From a virus, in the IMG/VR virus record IMGVR_UViG_3300050509_000438, positions 1-64,000 of that record: a stretch of 64,000 nt of DNA. One strand, given 5' to 3'. Positions 37,700 to 46,253 of the stretch are shown here, in pieces (the stretch's first letter is position 1; each line of letters starts with the position of its first letter). Made by a program: the position numbers and the translations under genes. Under the pieces are notes generated by a model, which was not told where the DNA came from, made no database searches, and worked only from the letters and a program-made list of their open reading frames with translations.

Positions 37700-38600
37700 T
37701 CACCTCCTCCCATCTCTTGATCAGTTCTTCCTTCGTTATTGCATGGACACCAGCATAACGACATACCTCTGAAGCCGCAATGTTGGCAAGACTAACTCCG
37801 TCCTGAATGTCCTCATTCAAAGCAGTCATCATACCCACTACTCCCGTTACGGTGTCACCGGCACCACAGACATCCACGATATTAATTTTGTGTCCATTGG
37901 TCCGTCCAGCCATACCTTCGTTGTTGGTGTACATGATCCCAGACTCACCTTGCGTTACGATGAACCATCGACTATATAACTCCGGCCATTGTGGCATCGC
38001 ATCAAACTCCTTTTGGTTACACTTGATTACAGTAGATCCCTTGAATCTAGCGTAGTCCCTCTTCGCGTCCACCACCACTGGGATCTTATAATGTAGCGAA
38101 AGTTCCATGATCGCGTTGATCAACGAGTCAGAGAGACACCCCTTATGGTAATCAGCAAGCACAATGCAGTCGTACTTACCCATCGTGGCTTCTAGTTCCT
38201 TCCACCAGGAATACGCGGTGAACGGCAGCCACTCGATCTGCATGGGATCGATCTCGTCGTCGATGCGCAGCAGGTGATGACTTCCGGACATGATGCGCAT
38301 CTTCTTGGAATGCTTGCCTTCATGGGTTTTGATGTTGTCGTTGTACTCCATAGGCCAGCAGTAGCCGCCGTTGCTATGGATGCAGAACAAGTCTGTCGGC
38401 ACGCCCATGCCCACAAGATTCATAAACACATTGCCAGCTCCACCGGGTCTGCTGAAGGCGATCTGTTGATTGACCACTGGCACAGGTGCCTCCGGGCTGA
38501 TGCGGTCGACGGAGCCGAGAATGTAAGCGTCTTCGATGAAATCACCGATGACTGCTATCTTGAGTTCGGCGGCACGAGTGAGGAGGGCGTGGAGGTTCAT
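37683..38600 (-). CDS. hldA: PfkB-family sugar kinase resembling the HldE N-terminal domain (heptose-7-phosphate 1-kinase), 305 aa
   Basis: VIGDFIEDAYILGSVDRISPEAPVPVV, RPGGAGNV and DVCGAGDT match the RfaE domain I signatures as recalled. Confidence 0.8.
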   Translation of the reverse strand: MNLHALLTRAAELKIAVIGDFIEDAYILGSVDRISPEAPVPVVNQQIAFSRPGGAGNVFMNLVGMGVPTDLFCIHSNGGYCWPMEYNDNIKTHEGKHSKKMRIMSGSHHLLRIDDEIDPMQIEWLPFTAYSWWKELEATMGKYDCIVLADYHKGCLSDSLINAIMELSLHYKIPVVVDAKRDYARFKGSTVIKCNQKEFDAMPQWPELYSRWFIVTQGESGIMYTNNEGMAGRTNGHKINIVDVCGAGDTVTGVVGMMTALNEDIQDGVSLANIAASEVCRYAGVHAITKEELIKRWEEVSGDNA

Positions 38601-38815
38601 GCTAAAAAGTTATATCGTTTTAATCCGTTATCTTGAGATATTTCAACTGGCATTTCTACAGGAGCAGGCTGTTGATGTTCATCTATAAACTCATCGAGTT
38701 CCATTGCCTCTCGTGAGAATTCCGGTAAAATTAAATCCGAAGTTATATGCTGGAGAGTCAATTCCCCAAAACAATTGGTGAACTCCTGTTGTGCGTCAAG
38801 TACGGAGTTCATCAA
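38597..38815 (-). CDS. Hypothetical acidic protein, 72 aa
   Basis: Coupled ORF inside the nucleotide-sugar operon. Confidence 0.4.
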   Translation of the reverse strand: MMNSVLDAQQEFTNCFGELTLQHITSDLILPEFSREAMELDEFIDEHQQPAPVEMPVEISQDNGLKRYNFLA

Positions 38816-39033
38816 TCGTTATTGCTTTTTGTGTACCCCGGCGGATTCGGTGCGTCACAGGAGCGCTTCATCTGCCATTCAGCAAGTGCTTTATTGTATT
38901 CCCTCATTGATTCTTCATAAGAATATGGACCGACATAGTCATCCCGATTAGGCTCCTGCGGCTTAATGCTCTCCATATACTCATTCCACTCCTTGAGCTT
39001 CTGTTCGTAGGCGGCTTGTTCTTCTATATTCAT
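38812..39033 (-). CDS. Hypothetical protein, 73 aa
   Basis: Coupled ORF inside the nucleotide-sugar operon. Confidence 0.4.
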   Translation of the reverse strand: MNIEEQAAYEQKLKEWNEYMESIKPQEPNRDDYVGPYSYEESMREYNKALAEWQMKRSCDAPNPPGYTKSNND

Positions 39034-39149
39034 TTTACAATTCTCTTCTTTGGATCCATAACAAACGCGATGAAGTATTTAATCCACTCAGGATGGTTAA
39101 GATCGAGATCAAGTCGTCCTTCTTTTGTTGCACGCACCCATGGAGGCAT
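39030..39149 (-). CDS. Small ORF, 39 aa (MPPWVRATKEGRLDLDLNHPEWIKYFIAFVMDPKKRIVK), below the ORF-track cutoff
   Basis: Fills the only gap in the operon. ATGA overlap with the next gene. The start lies 4 nt after the upstream stop. Confidence 0.3.
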   Translation of the reverse strand: MPPWVRATKEGRLDLDLNHPEWIKYFIAFVMDPKKRIVK

Positions 39150-39153
39150 TCGT

Positions 39154-39606
39154 TTAATCTTCATACGCTTTCAATACCATTTTAATAATGTCCGAACTGC
39201 TGATCTTATCACCAAGCCCATTGGCTGTAGGCTTGTAGAACACCATTGTCGCATGGTGCTGACCGATGACCGGTTTGCCGAGCCATTCGGCACCTTTGAC
39301 GAGGTAGTCGGGCGTTGCCTTCGCGATCTCATACAATAGTTCTTCATCACTGTCTATACCGATAACTTCGTCGATCATACTGCGGTTACCACACTGCATT
39401 GCCATCAGGTTGATTTTCCGGATCGCGTACGGGATGATCGGCAGTCGTGAGTTACCTTCTTTAATACGTTCGTCTTCATCGAGCATCACTATCACTTTGC
39501 CTTCGGGTCCTGCGAGAAGGCGGCATTGATTTAATGCGTTAAAATGCCCCACATGGAGCAGGTCTAATTTACCGGTGGTGATCACTTTAGGCATAAGCTG
39601 TGGCAC
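39154..39606 (-). CDS. hldC: Cytidylyltransferase-fold nucleotidyltransferase resembling the HldE C-terminal domain (heptose-1-phosphate adenylyltransferase), 150 aa
   Basis: HxGH motif GKLDLLHVGHFNAL. DYLVKG and the C-terminal ISSSDIIKMV parallel RfaE domain II. Confidence 0.75.
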   Translation of the reverse strand: MPQLMPKVITTGKLDLLHVGHFNALNQCRLLAGPEGKVIVMLDEDERIKEGNSRLPIIPYAIRKINLMAMQCGNRSMIDEVIGIDSDEELLYEIAKATPDYLVKGAEWLGKPVIGQHHATMVFYKPTANGLGDKISSSDIIKMVLKAYED

Positions 39607-39914
39607 ATTTTTATTAAGTCTTCAAACTGGCCGTAGTTGAACCATATTGATTCTTTTACTTCTTCAGGCTCTGTAGGCTCCACAATCAATTCTATCACAC
39701 AAGCCGTGGTCTGGTTCTTCATGGTGACAGAGCCTTCGATGGCCTCAGTAACCATGTAGTATGCATGGTGCTGGTCGCCTTTAATGTCTTTAATGAGTTG
39801 AGATCGAAACCCGTCGATATACCGAAGGAAATATCTCTCAACCTCGTTCACCATGTCCTTACTTATGACTCCGGCTTCCGCCATTGACTCTGTGATTTCT
39901 CGTGCTGTTTTCAT
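39582..39914 (-). CDS. Hypothetical protein, 110 aa
   Basis: Coupled ORF. Confidence 0.45.
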   Translation of the reverse strand: MKTAREITESMAEAGVISKDMVNEVERYFLRYIDGFRSQLIKDIKGDQHHAYYMVTEAIEGSVTMKNQTTACVIELIVEPTEPEEVKESIWFNYGQFEDLIKMCHSLCLK

Positions 39915-40525
39915 GCTGCCTCTCTTTTATACTCCGGAAATGTCTCCAAAAATAACTTAACATTCTTCTCGATCTTCACCACACCACGTTTGTAGTAATC
40001 ATGCTGGCGATTCACGATACGCTTGAAGAGGCGAGATGTGTTCTTCTTACTCACCGCTACGAGCAGCGCTTGCCTGTAACCGCTGACATCGAGGTACCAG
40101 GCAATACCTTGATCATAATGGAATCTGTTAACAGCATCATCGAATGCTCGATCGGTTTCAACACTGAGACCTTTCAATTCAAATACTAAGCTTAGCGCTC
40201 TGCTATCTCCATCCATTTTGCATCTTGCAGGAACCCCAAACCTATTAGATCGGTACCATTCATGTTGTCGTCTTAAATCATGCACCCATAATAATTGCTG
40301 ACAAATGGGGTCAGTTTTAAAAGTTCTTGCCATAGAAAGAGCTTTTTCAATATCCTGGTGTTCATAATTTGCTTGATGAGGTTGCATTATGCAATCTTCA
40401 ACCAATCTCCCAAAGGCAAATATCTCTTCCAAATCGGACGGATCTTGAAAATCAGGATTGATCATTTTCTGTAGTTTTTTCAGATCGCTATTGCTTATGT
40501 AATGATGATTAAAATATGAATCCAT
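39911..40525 (-). CDS. PD-(D/E)xK exonuclease (YqaJ/Exo-like partner of RecT), 204 aa
   Basis: ARCKMDGDSRALSLVFELKG contains a D...ELK core. Located in the recombination module. Confidence 0.5.
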   Translation of the reverse strand: MDSYFNHHYISNSDLKKLQKMINPDFQDPSDLEEIFAFGRLVEDCIMQPHQANYEHQDIEKALSMARTFKTDPICQQLLWVHDLRRQHEWYRSNRFGVPARCKMDGDSRALSLVFELKGLSVETDRAFDDAVNRFHYDQGIAWYLDVSGYRQALLVAVSKKNTSRLFKRIVNRQHDYYKRGVVKIEKNVKLFLETFPEYKREAA

Positions 40526-40617
40526 AAAAATGGAGGCTTAACCCCACAACCTCCAGAGGCCTTTGCTAAACTGCACGATACGCCACCTGACGTCACGTAA
40601 CATCACAAAACTCTACC

Positions 40618-41190
40618 TCACGATAATTCTTCAATGTGTTTTAATTCAAACCTACCGAACATTCCATTATTTGTTGGCCGATAGGAGCCTATTCCAACAT
40701 AGTTACCAGCATACTCTATAACGTTCCTAACCATGTCCGTAGTGATAGACTTTTCGGCAACAAGTAATGTAAACTCCGGTTCCCATTCTGTCCATTTTGG
40801 GCGAATGGTAATTATCCTGGCTTTTACATTGCGGTTAACTGTTGATCTCTTATCAATCACGTCATAATCAGGAATAATAATTTGCTCTGGAGTGATCGTG
40901 AACATCGCTGCAACGAGTTGCTTCATTGACTTACCACGGCCACCAACTTTAGATTTGATGTATGCTCCGGCATTAATGAAAGAGCATCTTAATTGATCGG
41001 CCGGTATGTAGCATTTACCATCAGGGTTTCGGTAGCAACGGTATTCAGCGCGCACAGTATCGTCATGGGAAATTTCTGGTCTTTCATGGATGAGTCCCCG
41101 TTTCTTTTCCCATTCCTCAAGTTTAAGATCATCCATACGGTGTTGCATGTACGGAGTCAGCCCTTTAATTTTTATTGAAAATTTTTTCAT
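40618..41190 (-). CDS. Hypothetical protein, 190 aa
   Basis: ORF with phage-like codon usage. C-terminal Gly-rich loop GIGSYRPTNNGMFGRF. Confidence 0.45.
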   Translation of the reverse strand: MKKFSIKIKGLTPYMQHRMDDLKLEEWEKKRGLIHERPEISHDDTVRAEYRCYRNPDGKCYIPADQLRCSFINAGAYIKSKVGGRGKSMKQLVAAMFTITPEQIIIPDYDVIDKRSTVNRNVKARIITIRPKWTEWEPEFTLLVAEKSITTDMVRNVIEYAGNYVGIGSYRPTNNGMFGRFELKHIEELS

Positions 41191-41302
41191 TTATTCCTTC
41201 TTCTTTGGTTCGTACTCGTAGCAGCCCATAGCTATAAACTTCATCACTAATCGGAACGGCATATTTTGCATGAATATCCTCCGCTGTTAACCTGTCTTTC
41301 AT
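41171..41302 (-). CDS. Small ORF, 43 aa (MKDRLTAEDIHAKYAVPISDEVYSYGLLRVRTKEEGINEKIFNKN), below the ORF-track cutoff
   Basis: ATGA overlap with the upstream stop. Fills a 108-nt gap. Confidence 0.25.
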
Positions 41303-41658
41303 CCTACACTCCTCGCTATCCTCGCATATCTCTCCTCATGGTTGCGTCCATGAACCAAGACAACTCCTTGTCCATTCAGGTCGCCGCTCTTCAGTGTCTC
41401 CACCTCCTTGTAGGTGATCACCTTGATAATATCACCATCTATTCTGGTGATGATCACGCGCACTCCATGCCGCAGCATTAGAATGTCGTGCTTGTTCAGT
41501 CCAACCGGACTCTCAACCCGTAATGTAAGGTCGTAATGATACAGCTTTGGCTTCTCTTTGTCGAGCCTGCCGAATCGCTTCCATACACTCTGCCAGAAGG
41601 TAAGCTTGGGAGTGAGTGGGTAAGCCCGCGTGATGATGGAGGAGGTGATCGTGATCAT
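41299..41658 (-). CDS. Hypothetical protein, 119 aa
   Basis: Coupled ORF. Confidence 0.45.
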   Translation of the reverse strand: MITITSSIITRAYPLTPKLTFWQSVWKRFGRLDKEKPKLYHYDLTLRVESPVGLNKHDILMLRHGVRVIITRIDGDIIKVITYKEVETLKSGDLNGQGVVLVHGRNHEERYARIARSVG

Positions 41659-42881
41659 TTGCGTATGATTACTTTTGAGTCTTCAAATACATCCGTACCG
41701 TCGATTTCCGCATCGCACTTGGATAAAAATAAATTGATCCAGTACTGGATAGCGTCGATGTATTCCGGACGACCTTGTGCATCGACCACAGGCTTCTTGC
41801 TCTTATCTCGCTTCTGGATGCCAGGAAAATCAGGATGAGACATGCAGTGATAGATGATTGTCGCGAGTGCTTTTGGTACCTTCTTAGGATCATTGAACTT
41901 GAGCACATACTTCACTGGACCTGTCTCCATGCCGGGAACTTGCGTTGCAGCCTGCTCCGCAAATGAATTGCTCATCTTATCGAGTGATGCTTGCGTCTCG
42001 ATCTCAAGTTGTTGTTTCTTATTCTGCTCCGCAATCTCAGCCTCTCTGCGTGCCGCTTCCTGCTGTGCCTTGCGTTTCTGCTCAAGCTCAAGCTTCTCCA
42101 GTGCCTCTTTGTCGTCGGCAAGTTTCTTCCGCTCGAGCATCTCCTGCTTCAGGTCGGGTATCTTTGCGCGCCATGCGTTGATGATCGGGGTGCATTGCTC
42201 CATGACAACAGTGTTCCATTTGTCGAATGATTCCTGTTCAATAAGATCCTTGTACCATGCAGCCATCGCTTCATCTCGTTCATACTTACTGGGTAAGAAG
42301 CATGCTTCCCAGTCCTCTGGCTTGAGCTTAGGCTTCATCTTCTTGTAGTCCTCGGCACGCTTGTCGAAGTCATCAGGTGTCGACGCCGCGAAATACTCAG
42401 CCGATCCGGTCTCCGCCTTCCTGACCTTTTCCGTAACCAGATTATTGAGCGCCTTCAGGATACCGGTCTTCAGGTCTACCAGGTAGTTCTCACGTTCGCG
42501 CTTTCTGGCAGCCTCGGCCTCAATCGCTTTTTTCTTATCAAGTTCGCGCTGCTTATAGGCAGCAAGAAGACCGCGAAGGCGGTTGTACTCATTGTCCTTC
42601 TTGGACTTGTAGTCGAATGGGGAGATCAGCTCTCGAGCTTGATCAAGGATGGACTCTACCGGCTCGGCAAGCTTTCGATACAGCGGGTAGCTGACATCGT
42701 CGTAGGTGATCTTGAGGCGCGCACAGAGTGTCTCTACCTCAGAGTACTCATCTTCGCTCTCCACTTGCGTTACCGCTCGCGTAACAGCCAGTGCTTTGTC
42801 GTGGCTGCTGCGCAACTTTGGGATGATAGTCTTGAGGTCCTCGATATTGAGTTGAGGAAGGCTGTTGGTTTCTTCGGTCAT
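41655..42881 (-). CDS. Coiled-coil protein, 408 aa (recombination-module accessory)
   Basis: Long K/E/A/Q-rich helical regions. Lies between the tRNA-like gene and the downstream recombination genes. Confidence 0.5.
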   Translation of the reverse strand: MTEETNSLPQLNIEDLKTIIPKLRSSHDKALAVTRAVTQVESEDEYSEVETLCARLKITYDDVSYPLYRKLAEPVESILDQARELISPFDYKSKKDNEYNRLRGLLAAYKQRELDKKKAIEAEAARKRERENYLVDLKTGILKALNNLVTEKVRKAETGSAEYFAASTPDDFDKRAEDYKKMKPKLKPEDWEACFLPSKYERDEAMAAWYKDLIEQESFDKWNTVVMEQCTPIINAWRAKIPDLKQEMLERKKLADDKEALEKLELEQKRKAQQEAARREAEIAEQNKKQQLEIETQASLDKMSNSFAEQAATQVPGMETGPVKYVLKFNDPKKVPKALATIIYHCMSHPDFPGIQKRDKSKKPVVDAQGRPEYIDAIQYWINLFLSKCDAEIDGTDVFEDSKVIIRK

Positions 42882-42940
42882 GCTATATAAGTTCAGTTTT
42901 CATCTTGTCACATCCACGTTGTCGTCCATAAAGTCTTGCT

Positions 42941-42960
42941 TTAAAAAACCTCTTTGGTTT
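42941..42960 (-). terminator. Weak intrinsic terminator immediately after the tRNA-like gene
   Basis: On the minus strand: AAACC-AAAGA-GGTTT followed by TTTAA. Confidence 0.4.
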
Positions 42961-42963
42961 ATG

Positions 42964-43120
42964 AAATAGTAGAAGGATTCGAACCTTCAATCCCGATTCC
43001 TTTATTGCTCAGTCGGGAAATCCACCTTATCAAGTCATGAGCAAAAGGCCTCACGCAGTCAACGCTTCGGCACTCATATAGACCATTTGTGGAGGCGTAT
43101 ACCAATTCCGCCATACTATT
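42964..43120 (-). tRNA. Atypical class-II tRNA-Leu-like gene, 157 nt, with oversized anticodon region and variable arm; no CCA; anticodon not identifiable
   Basis: Acceptor AATAGTA/TACTATT. D-arm TGGCGGAATTGGTATACGCC resembles tRNA-Leu. T-arm GAAGG-TTCGAAT-CCTTC. TCCAC/GTGGA stem encloses 64 nt. Variable arm TCCCGA(16 nt)TCGGGA. Confidence 0.45.
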
Positions 43121-43192
43121 TACCATGAGGTGAACGGCTTCCCCCTCACGAGTCGCCGTTCCGTGAGCACCCGCCTGGTGCCCGACTCTGAG

Positions 43193-44146
43193 TTATGTAA
43201 AAGGAACCTGATCGTCCTTTTTTGTTTTCTTCTTGCCGCCGGTCACCTCCGGTTCATATACCTCGCCGGTCCGCTCGTTGACATCAGCGCGGAACTCGGC
43301 TGTCTCACCTTGCGCCACCAGCGTCGGGTCAGCTACCTCCTCCTGCTGCGCCGGCAGATCAATGGTCTTCTGTTCTTCTTCATCCGGAGCCTCATACTGC
43401 TTATACAGGATCACTGTATCCGGCTGCTTGTACTCCACCTTGAACACATAGTTGATCACGCTCTTCTTAGCCGCCTCGCCGTAGTGCTGCTGCCAGAGCA
43501 TGCCGCCTTCCTTCATCTGGCTTTTGGATCTTCTGATTTTGAGTTCCTCCAGTGTCAGCATGTAATCGCTTGACTTGCCATCAGCCCAGTCTACCGTAAC
43601 GTACACCGCCATCACGGTCTCTTCGCTGGGCCTTGGTACCGGGAATGACATCTCGTGCTTTGTGACGAGTTTGAGTTTTGGGTTGTATGAAAACTGATCT
43701 TTATTGAAGACCAGCACGGGGTCGTTGACACGCTTGATGGTTGTCATGCGCTCGAGCATCTCTTTTTTTGCAAATGGATCGGGATCAACCTTCATCATCT
43801 GCTTCCAGCTACCGTCCTTCTGCTTAACTCCTTGCGGACGCAGATACAGCTTCTCCGGCGAGACACCATAGGAACCGACCTTGACGAAGGCGGCAAAAAT
43901 AGAGAAGGGATCACATTGCATGAGCTCCGGGTTGGCATTCACCTTCTCCATGAAGGCGAACACATCGCGCTCATATTTCGATGCACCATCTTCGCGCGTG
44001 GTGACAGCCTGGTAGTTCTGGATGTAGCGGTTCTTGATCGCGTCGATCGCCAGAAGGTCTTTTACGTTCTTGGCGGCTGAAATCTGCTGCTCAAGAGCCT
44101 TGATCGGATTTGTTTTCTGTATTTGAGTTTGGTCTGCCATTGTCAT
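43193..44146 (-). CDS. recT: RecT-family single-strand annealing protein, 317 aa
   Basis: CDPFSIFAAFVKVGSYGVSP...LYLRPQG and LWQQHYGEAAKKSVINYVFK parallel the E. coli RecT blocks as recalled. Confidence 0.65.
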   Translation of the reverse strand: MTMADQTQIQKTNPIKALEQQISAAKNVKDLLAIDAIKNRYIQNYQAVTTREDGASKYERDVFAFMEKVNANPELMQCDPFSIFAAFVKVGSYGVSPEKLYLRPQGVKQKDGSWKQMMKVDPDPFAKKEMLERMTTIKRVNDPVLVFNKDQFSYNPKLKLVTKHEMSFPVPRPSEETVMAVYVTVDWADGKSSDYMLTLEELKIRRSKSQMKEGGMLWQQHYGEAAKKSVINYVFKVEYKQPDTVILYKQYEAPDEEEQKTIDLPAQQEEVADPTLVAQGETAEFRADVNERTGEVYEPEVTGGKKKTKKDDQVPFT

Positions 44147-44171
44147 GCTTTGTTTATGTTGAGGTAAAGGT

Positions 44172-44188
44172 GTAGAAAAGATTTTTAC
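44172..44188. promoter_or_regulatory. Dyad GTAGAAAAGATTTTTAC in the divergent early control region
   Basis: Member of the GTAAA..TTTAC dyad family. Lies between recT(-) and the plus-strand early genes. Confidence 0.4.
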
Positions 44189-44242
44189 ATTAAAAGTGTT
44201 TTGAGATTTTTTATTTCAAATTTAATTCACAGCTTTGCTTTC

Positions 44243-44434
44243 ATGAAATTCATCAATAAGAACGAGTTTTACAAAGAGCTCATATCCAGGCATGGCAAGG
44301 GGTATACTTACATTAAGGTGTGCTCTGCGCTTGATGGTGATCAACACACTACCTCAGACAAAGAGAAGAAGCAGATGATCGCCATCGTTGAGGAGCAGTT
44401 CAAAAGAGTGAAAGAAAACATCCTTAAATCATAA
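44243..44434 (+). CDS. Hypothetical early protein, about 63 aa (ATG start preferred)
   Basis: First plus-strand ORF after the divergent region. Confidence 0.45.
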   Translation: MKFINKNEFYKELISRHGKGYTYIKVCSALDGDQHTTSDKEKKQMIAIVEEQFKRVKENILKS

Positions 44435-44437
44435 TTC

Positions 44438-44761
44438 ATGGACTTGCAATTAAACATCAATGCTGAGGAACTTGCTAAAAAGCTTACCGATGCACTTACA
44501 ACCGAGGCTTTCTTCAAACTTTTCAAGGAATCTGTGGAGTCAGAATTAAAACGACTCACTGAGTCCAATGCATGGAATGGCACCAACACCATCATGCGCA
44601 GAACTATTGAGGGGTTCATTGCAGAGGAAATGCGAAAGCAACTCGATAACGAATACAAGCCAAAAATCCAGGCAGCGATAAAAGCCCGTCTTGAAAAAGA
44701 AGACCTTGACAAGCTTTGTGCTGAACTTGCAGATAAAGTTAATATCAGAACTAACTATTAA
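44438..44761 (+). CDS. Hypothetical protein, 107 aa
   Basis: ORF, helical K/E-rich. Confidence 0.5.
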   Translation: MDLQLNINAEELAKKLTDALTTEAFFKLFKESVESELKRLTESNAWNGTNTIMRRTIEGFIAEEMRKQLDNEYKPKIQAAIKARLEKEDLDKLCAELADKVNIRTNY

Positions 44762-44767
44762 ATCACT

Positions 44768-45382
44768 ATGACACCGCACCTATGTTGCCCGCAGACCCTC
44801 ACGCCGGAAAACCTCGGCCAATGGATCGAACAGAATTCGAAGCATTCCTTCGAGCACAACGAAAAGATCCCACTCACTGATCTCGACATTCAGGAGTTCG
44901 AGCACAAGTCTTCAGCCGCCTCACGTGCCCTGGACCGCCTCAAGCTTGTAGAGGACAACTTCAAACATTACATGAAGCGCGGCACTCCAGTGGAAGTTGG
45001 CATCGTACAGCCCATCGACATTACCATACCGCCTACTGCCGGCACGGATGTGCTCAAAGCCAACCGCGAGCACGCCGACAAGATACTTGAGCAGGGCTAC
45101 CAGGTGGAGATCACCAAGCTTTACACCATCCCTTATCCTGAAGAGAGCACCATGGTAGTGGTTACCATCGAGGGCCAGGAGTGGCCGATGTATACCAAGC
45201 CCATGGGTAAGGACCAGAAGGCGATGTACGGGGAGTTGTTTGCGGAGGGCGGGAAGAGAGGACATATCGGTACTCCTTTGAAGAACAAGAAGGAGGTAGC
45301 AATTGAGTTCAAGCGGCCCGATGAAAGTTCATATCAAGGCGATGGAGATGATTCCACACAGGCTGATGGTCTCTTCAGTTAA
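44768..45382 (+). CDS. Hypothetical protein, 204 aa
   Basis: ORF. Confidence 0.5.
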   Translation: MTPHLCCPQTLTPENLGQWIEQNSKHSFEHNEKIPLTDLDIQEFEHKSSAASRALDRLKLVEDNFKHYMKRGTPVEVGIVQPIDITIPPTAGTDVLKANREHADKILEQGYQVEITKLYTIPYPEESTMVVVTIEGQEWPMYTKPMGKDQKAMYGELFAEGGKRGHIGTPLKNKKEVAIEFKRPDESSYQGDGDDSTQADGLFS

Positions 45383-45594
45383 GCCCTCTTCATATTGAAC
45401 TTAACACCCAGCAGATCTCCCCATGCCTCAAGTCCTTCATACAGCGCGTTGCACAGCCTGGTCTTCTCGGCTTCCGTCAGGGTGCTGGTCTCATACCGGC
45501 CGATGCTGTTCGCGTAGATCTTGCTGTACTTGATAGAGGATACTCGCGCGAGCTCGCGCATGGAGACGAGCTTCTTGGATTTTTCTTTTGCCAT
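45379..45594 (-). CDS. Small HTH regulator (Cro/repressor-like), 71 aa
   Basis: MAKEKSKKLVSMRELARVSSIKYSKIYANSIG is an HTH pattern. A TACCTTTG box lies 5 nt upstream of this ATG. It is a lone minus-strand gene among plus-strand early genes. Confidence 0.55.
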   Translation of the reverse strand: MAKEKSKKLVSMRELARVSSIKYSKIYANSIGRYETSTLTEAEKTRLCNALYEGLEAWGDLLGVKFNMKRA

Positions 45595-45634
45595 AGTGGC
45601 AAAGGTATGTAAAAATAAATTAACATCATAACGC

Positions 45635-45715
45635 ATGAAAATCATCCTTGTGAGTCTTGTTGTAGTGGCGTTTGTTCTGTACTACGATTACATTAAGGCT
45701 GTACTAAAAAAATAA
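45635..45715 (+). CDS. Micro-ORF MKIILVSLVVVAFVLYYDYIKAVLKK (26 aa, single TM)
   Basis: Lies in the 124-nt divergent spacer, preceded by the dyad GTAAAAATAAATTAAC. Confidence 0.25.
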   Translation: MKIILVSLVVVAFVLYYDYIKAVLKK

Positions 45716-45718
45716 CAC

Positions 45719-45985
45719 ATGATCAGCATCGGCCGGCATGGAACCAAAGTCAAGATTACTATTGAAACCGGAATGGCTACTGGCGGTGACCTGTTTTTAT
45801 ACTGGGAGTGTAGCAATGAACTTTTCGCAGAACTACTCACCACCAGGCTTCAAAGAAAATTAGCTGATCGCATAGAGGCTATCCGGCAGGAAGAATACAA
45901 TAAAGGCTGGAAAGACGCCAAATCCAAAAAGAAAGCGAAGCAAACCTGGTTCACTAGCGTGTTCCGACTTTTCTACGAAAAATAA
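45719..45985 (+). CDS. Hypothetical protein, 88 aa
   Basis: ORF. Confidence 0.5.
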   Translation: MISIGRHGTKVKITIETGMATGGDLFLYWECSNELFAELLTTRLQRKLADRIEAIRQEEYNKGWKDAKSKKKAKQTWFTSVFRLFYEK

Positions 45986-46016
45986 CCCCTATCCTAAATG
46001 CAACCATGAGAACAAT

Positions 46017-46253
46017 TTGACCAGTATGACCATCACAATTAAACTCCTCGAATCCTACCGTGATCACGAGCACATCATTGTTCGGGCGCGGTACGGCGAA
46101 CTCAACCAGGAAATAAGAGCAGAAGGCAATGATACAGACAGCGCTAAAAAGAATCTGGAGCTTCATTTTAAAGCTCAACACGGCCCTCATACAGTGGTTC
46201 GGTTTACACTTGCACGAGCGCGAACTGGAGAGTCTTACCAGGGCGGAGATTAA
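46017..46253 (+). CDS. Hypothetical protein, 78 aa
   Basis: ORF. Its 3' end overlaps the next ORF. Confidence 0.45.
   Translation: MTSMTITIKLLESYRDHEHIIVRARYGELNQEIRAEGNDTDSAKKNLELHFKAQHGPHTVVRFTLARARTGESYQGGD

Noticed and set aside
40618-41190. RAMP/Cas7-like hints (CYIPADQLRCSFINAG; C-terminal GIGSYRPTNNGMFGRF).
   Set aside because: The resemblance is limited to two short loose motifs. This cannot be supported without profile or structure comparison.
42964-43120. The tRNA-like element as a phage attP site for integration into a host tRNA gene.
   Set aside because: No tyrosine or large serine integrase is adjacent. The element contains both acceptor halves and its own terminator, which fits an expressed RNA better than an att fragment. 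This is not fully excluded.
45595-45645. N-terminal extension of the HTH gene (track start 45645).
   Set aside because: The extension reads through promoter and dyad DNA. The ATG at 45594 sits 5 nt after a TACCTTTG box and begins the sensible MAKEKSKK...
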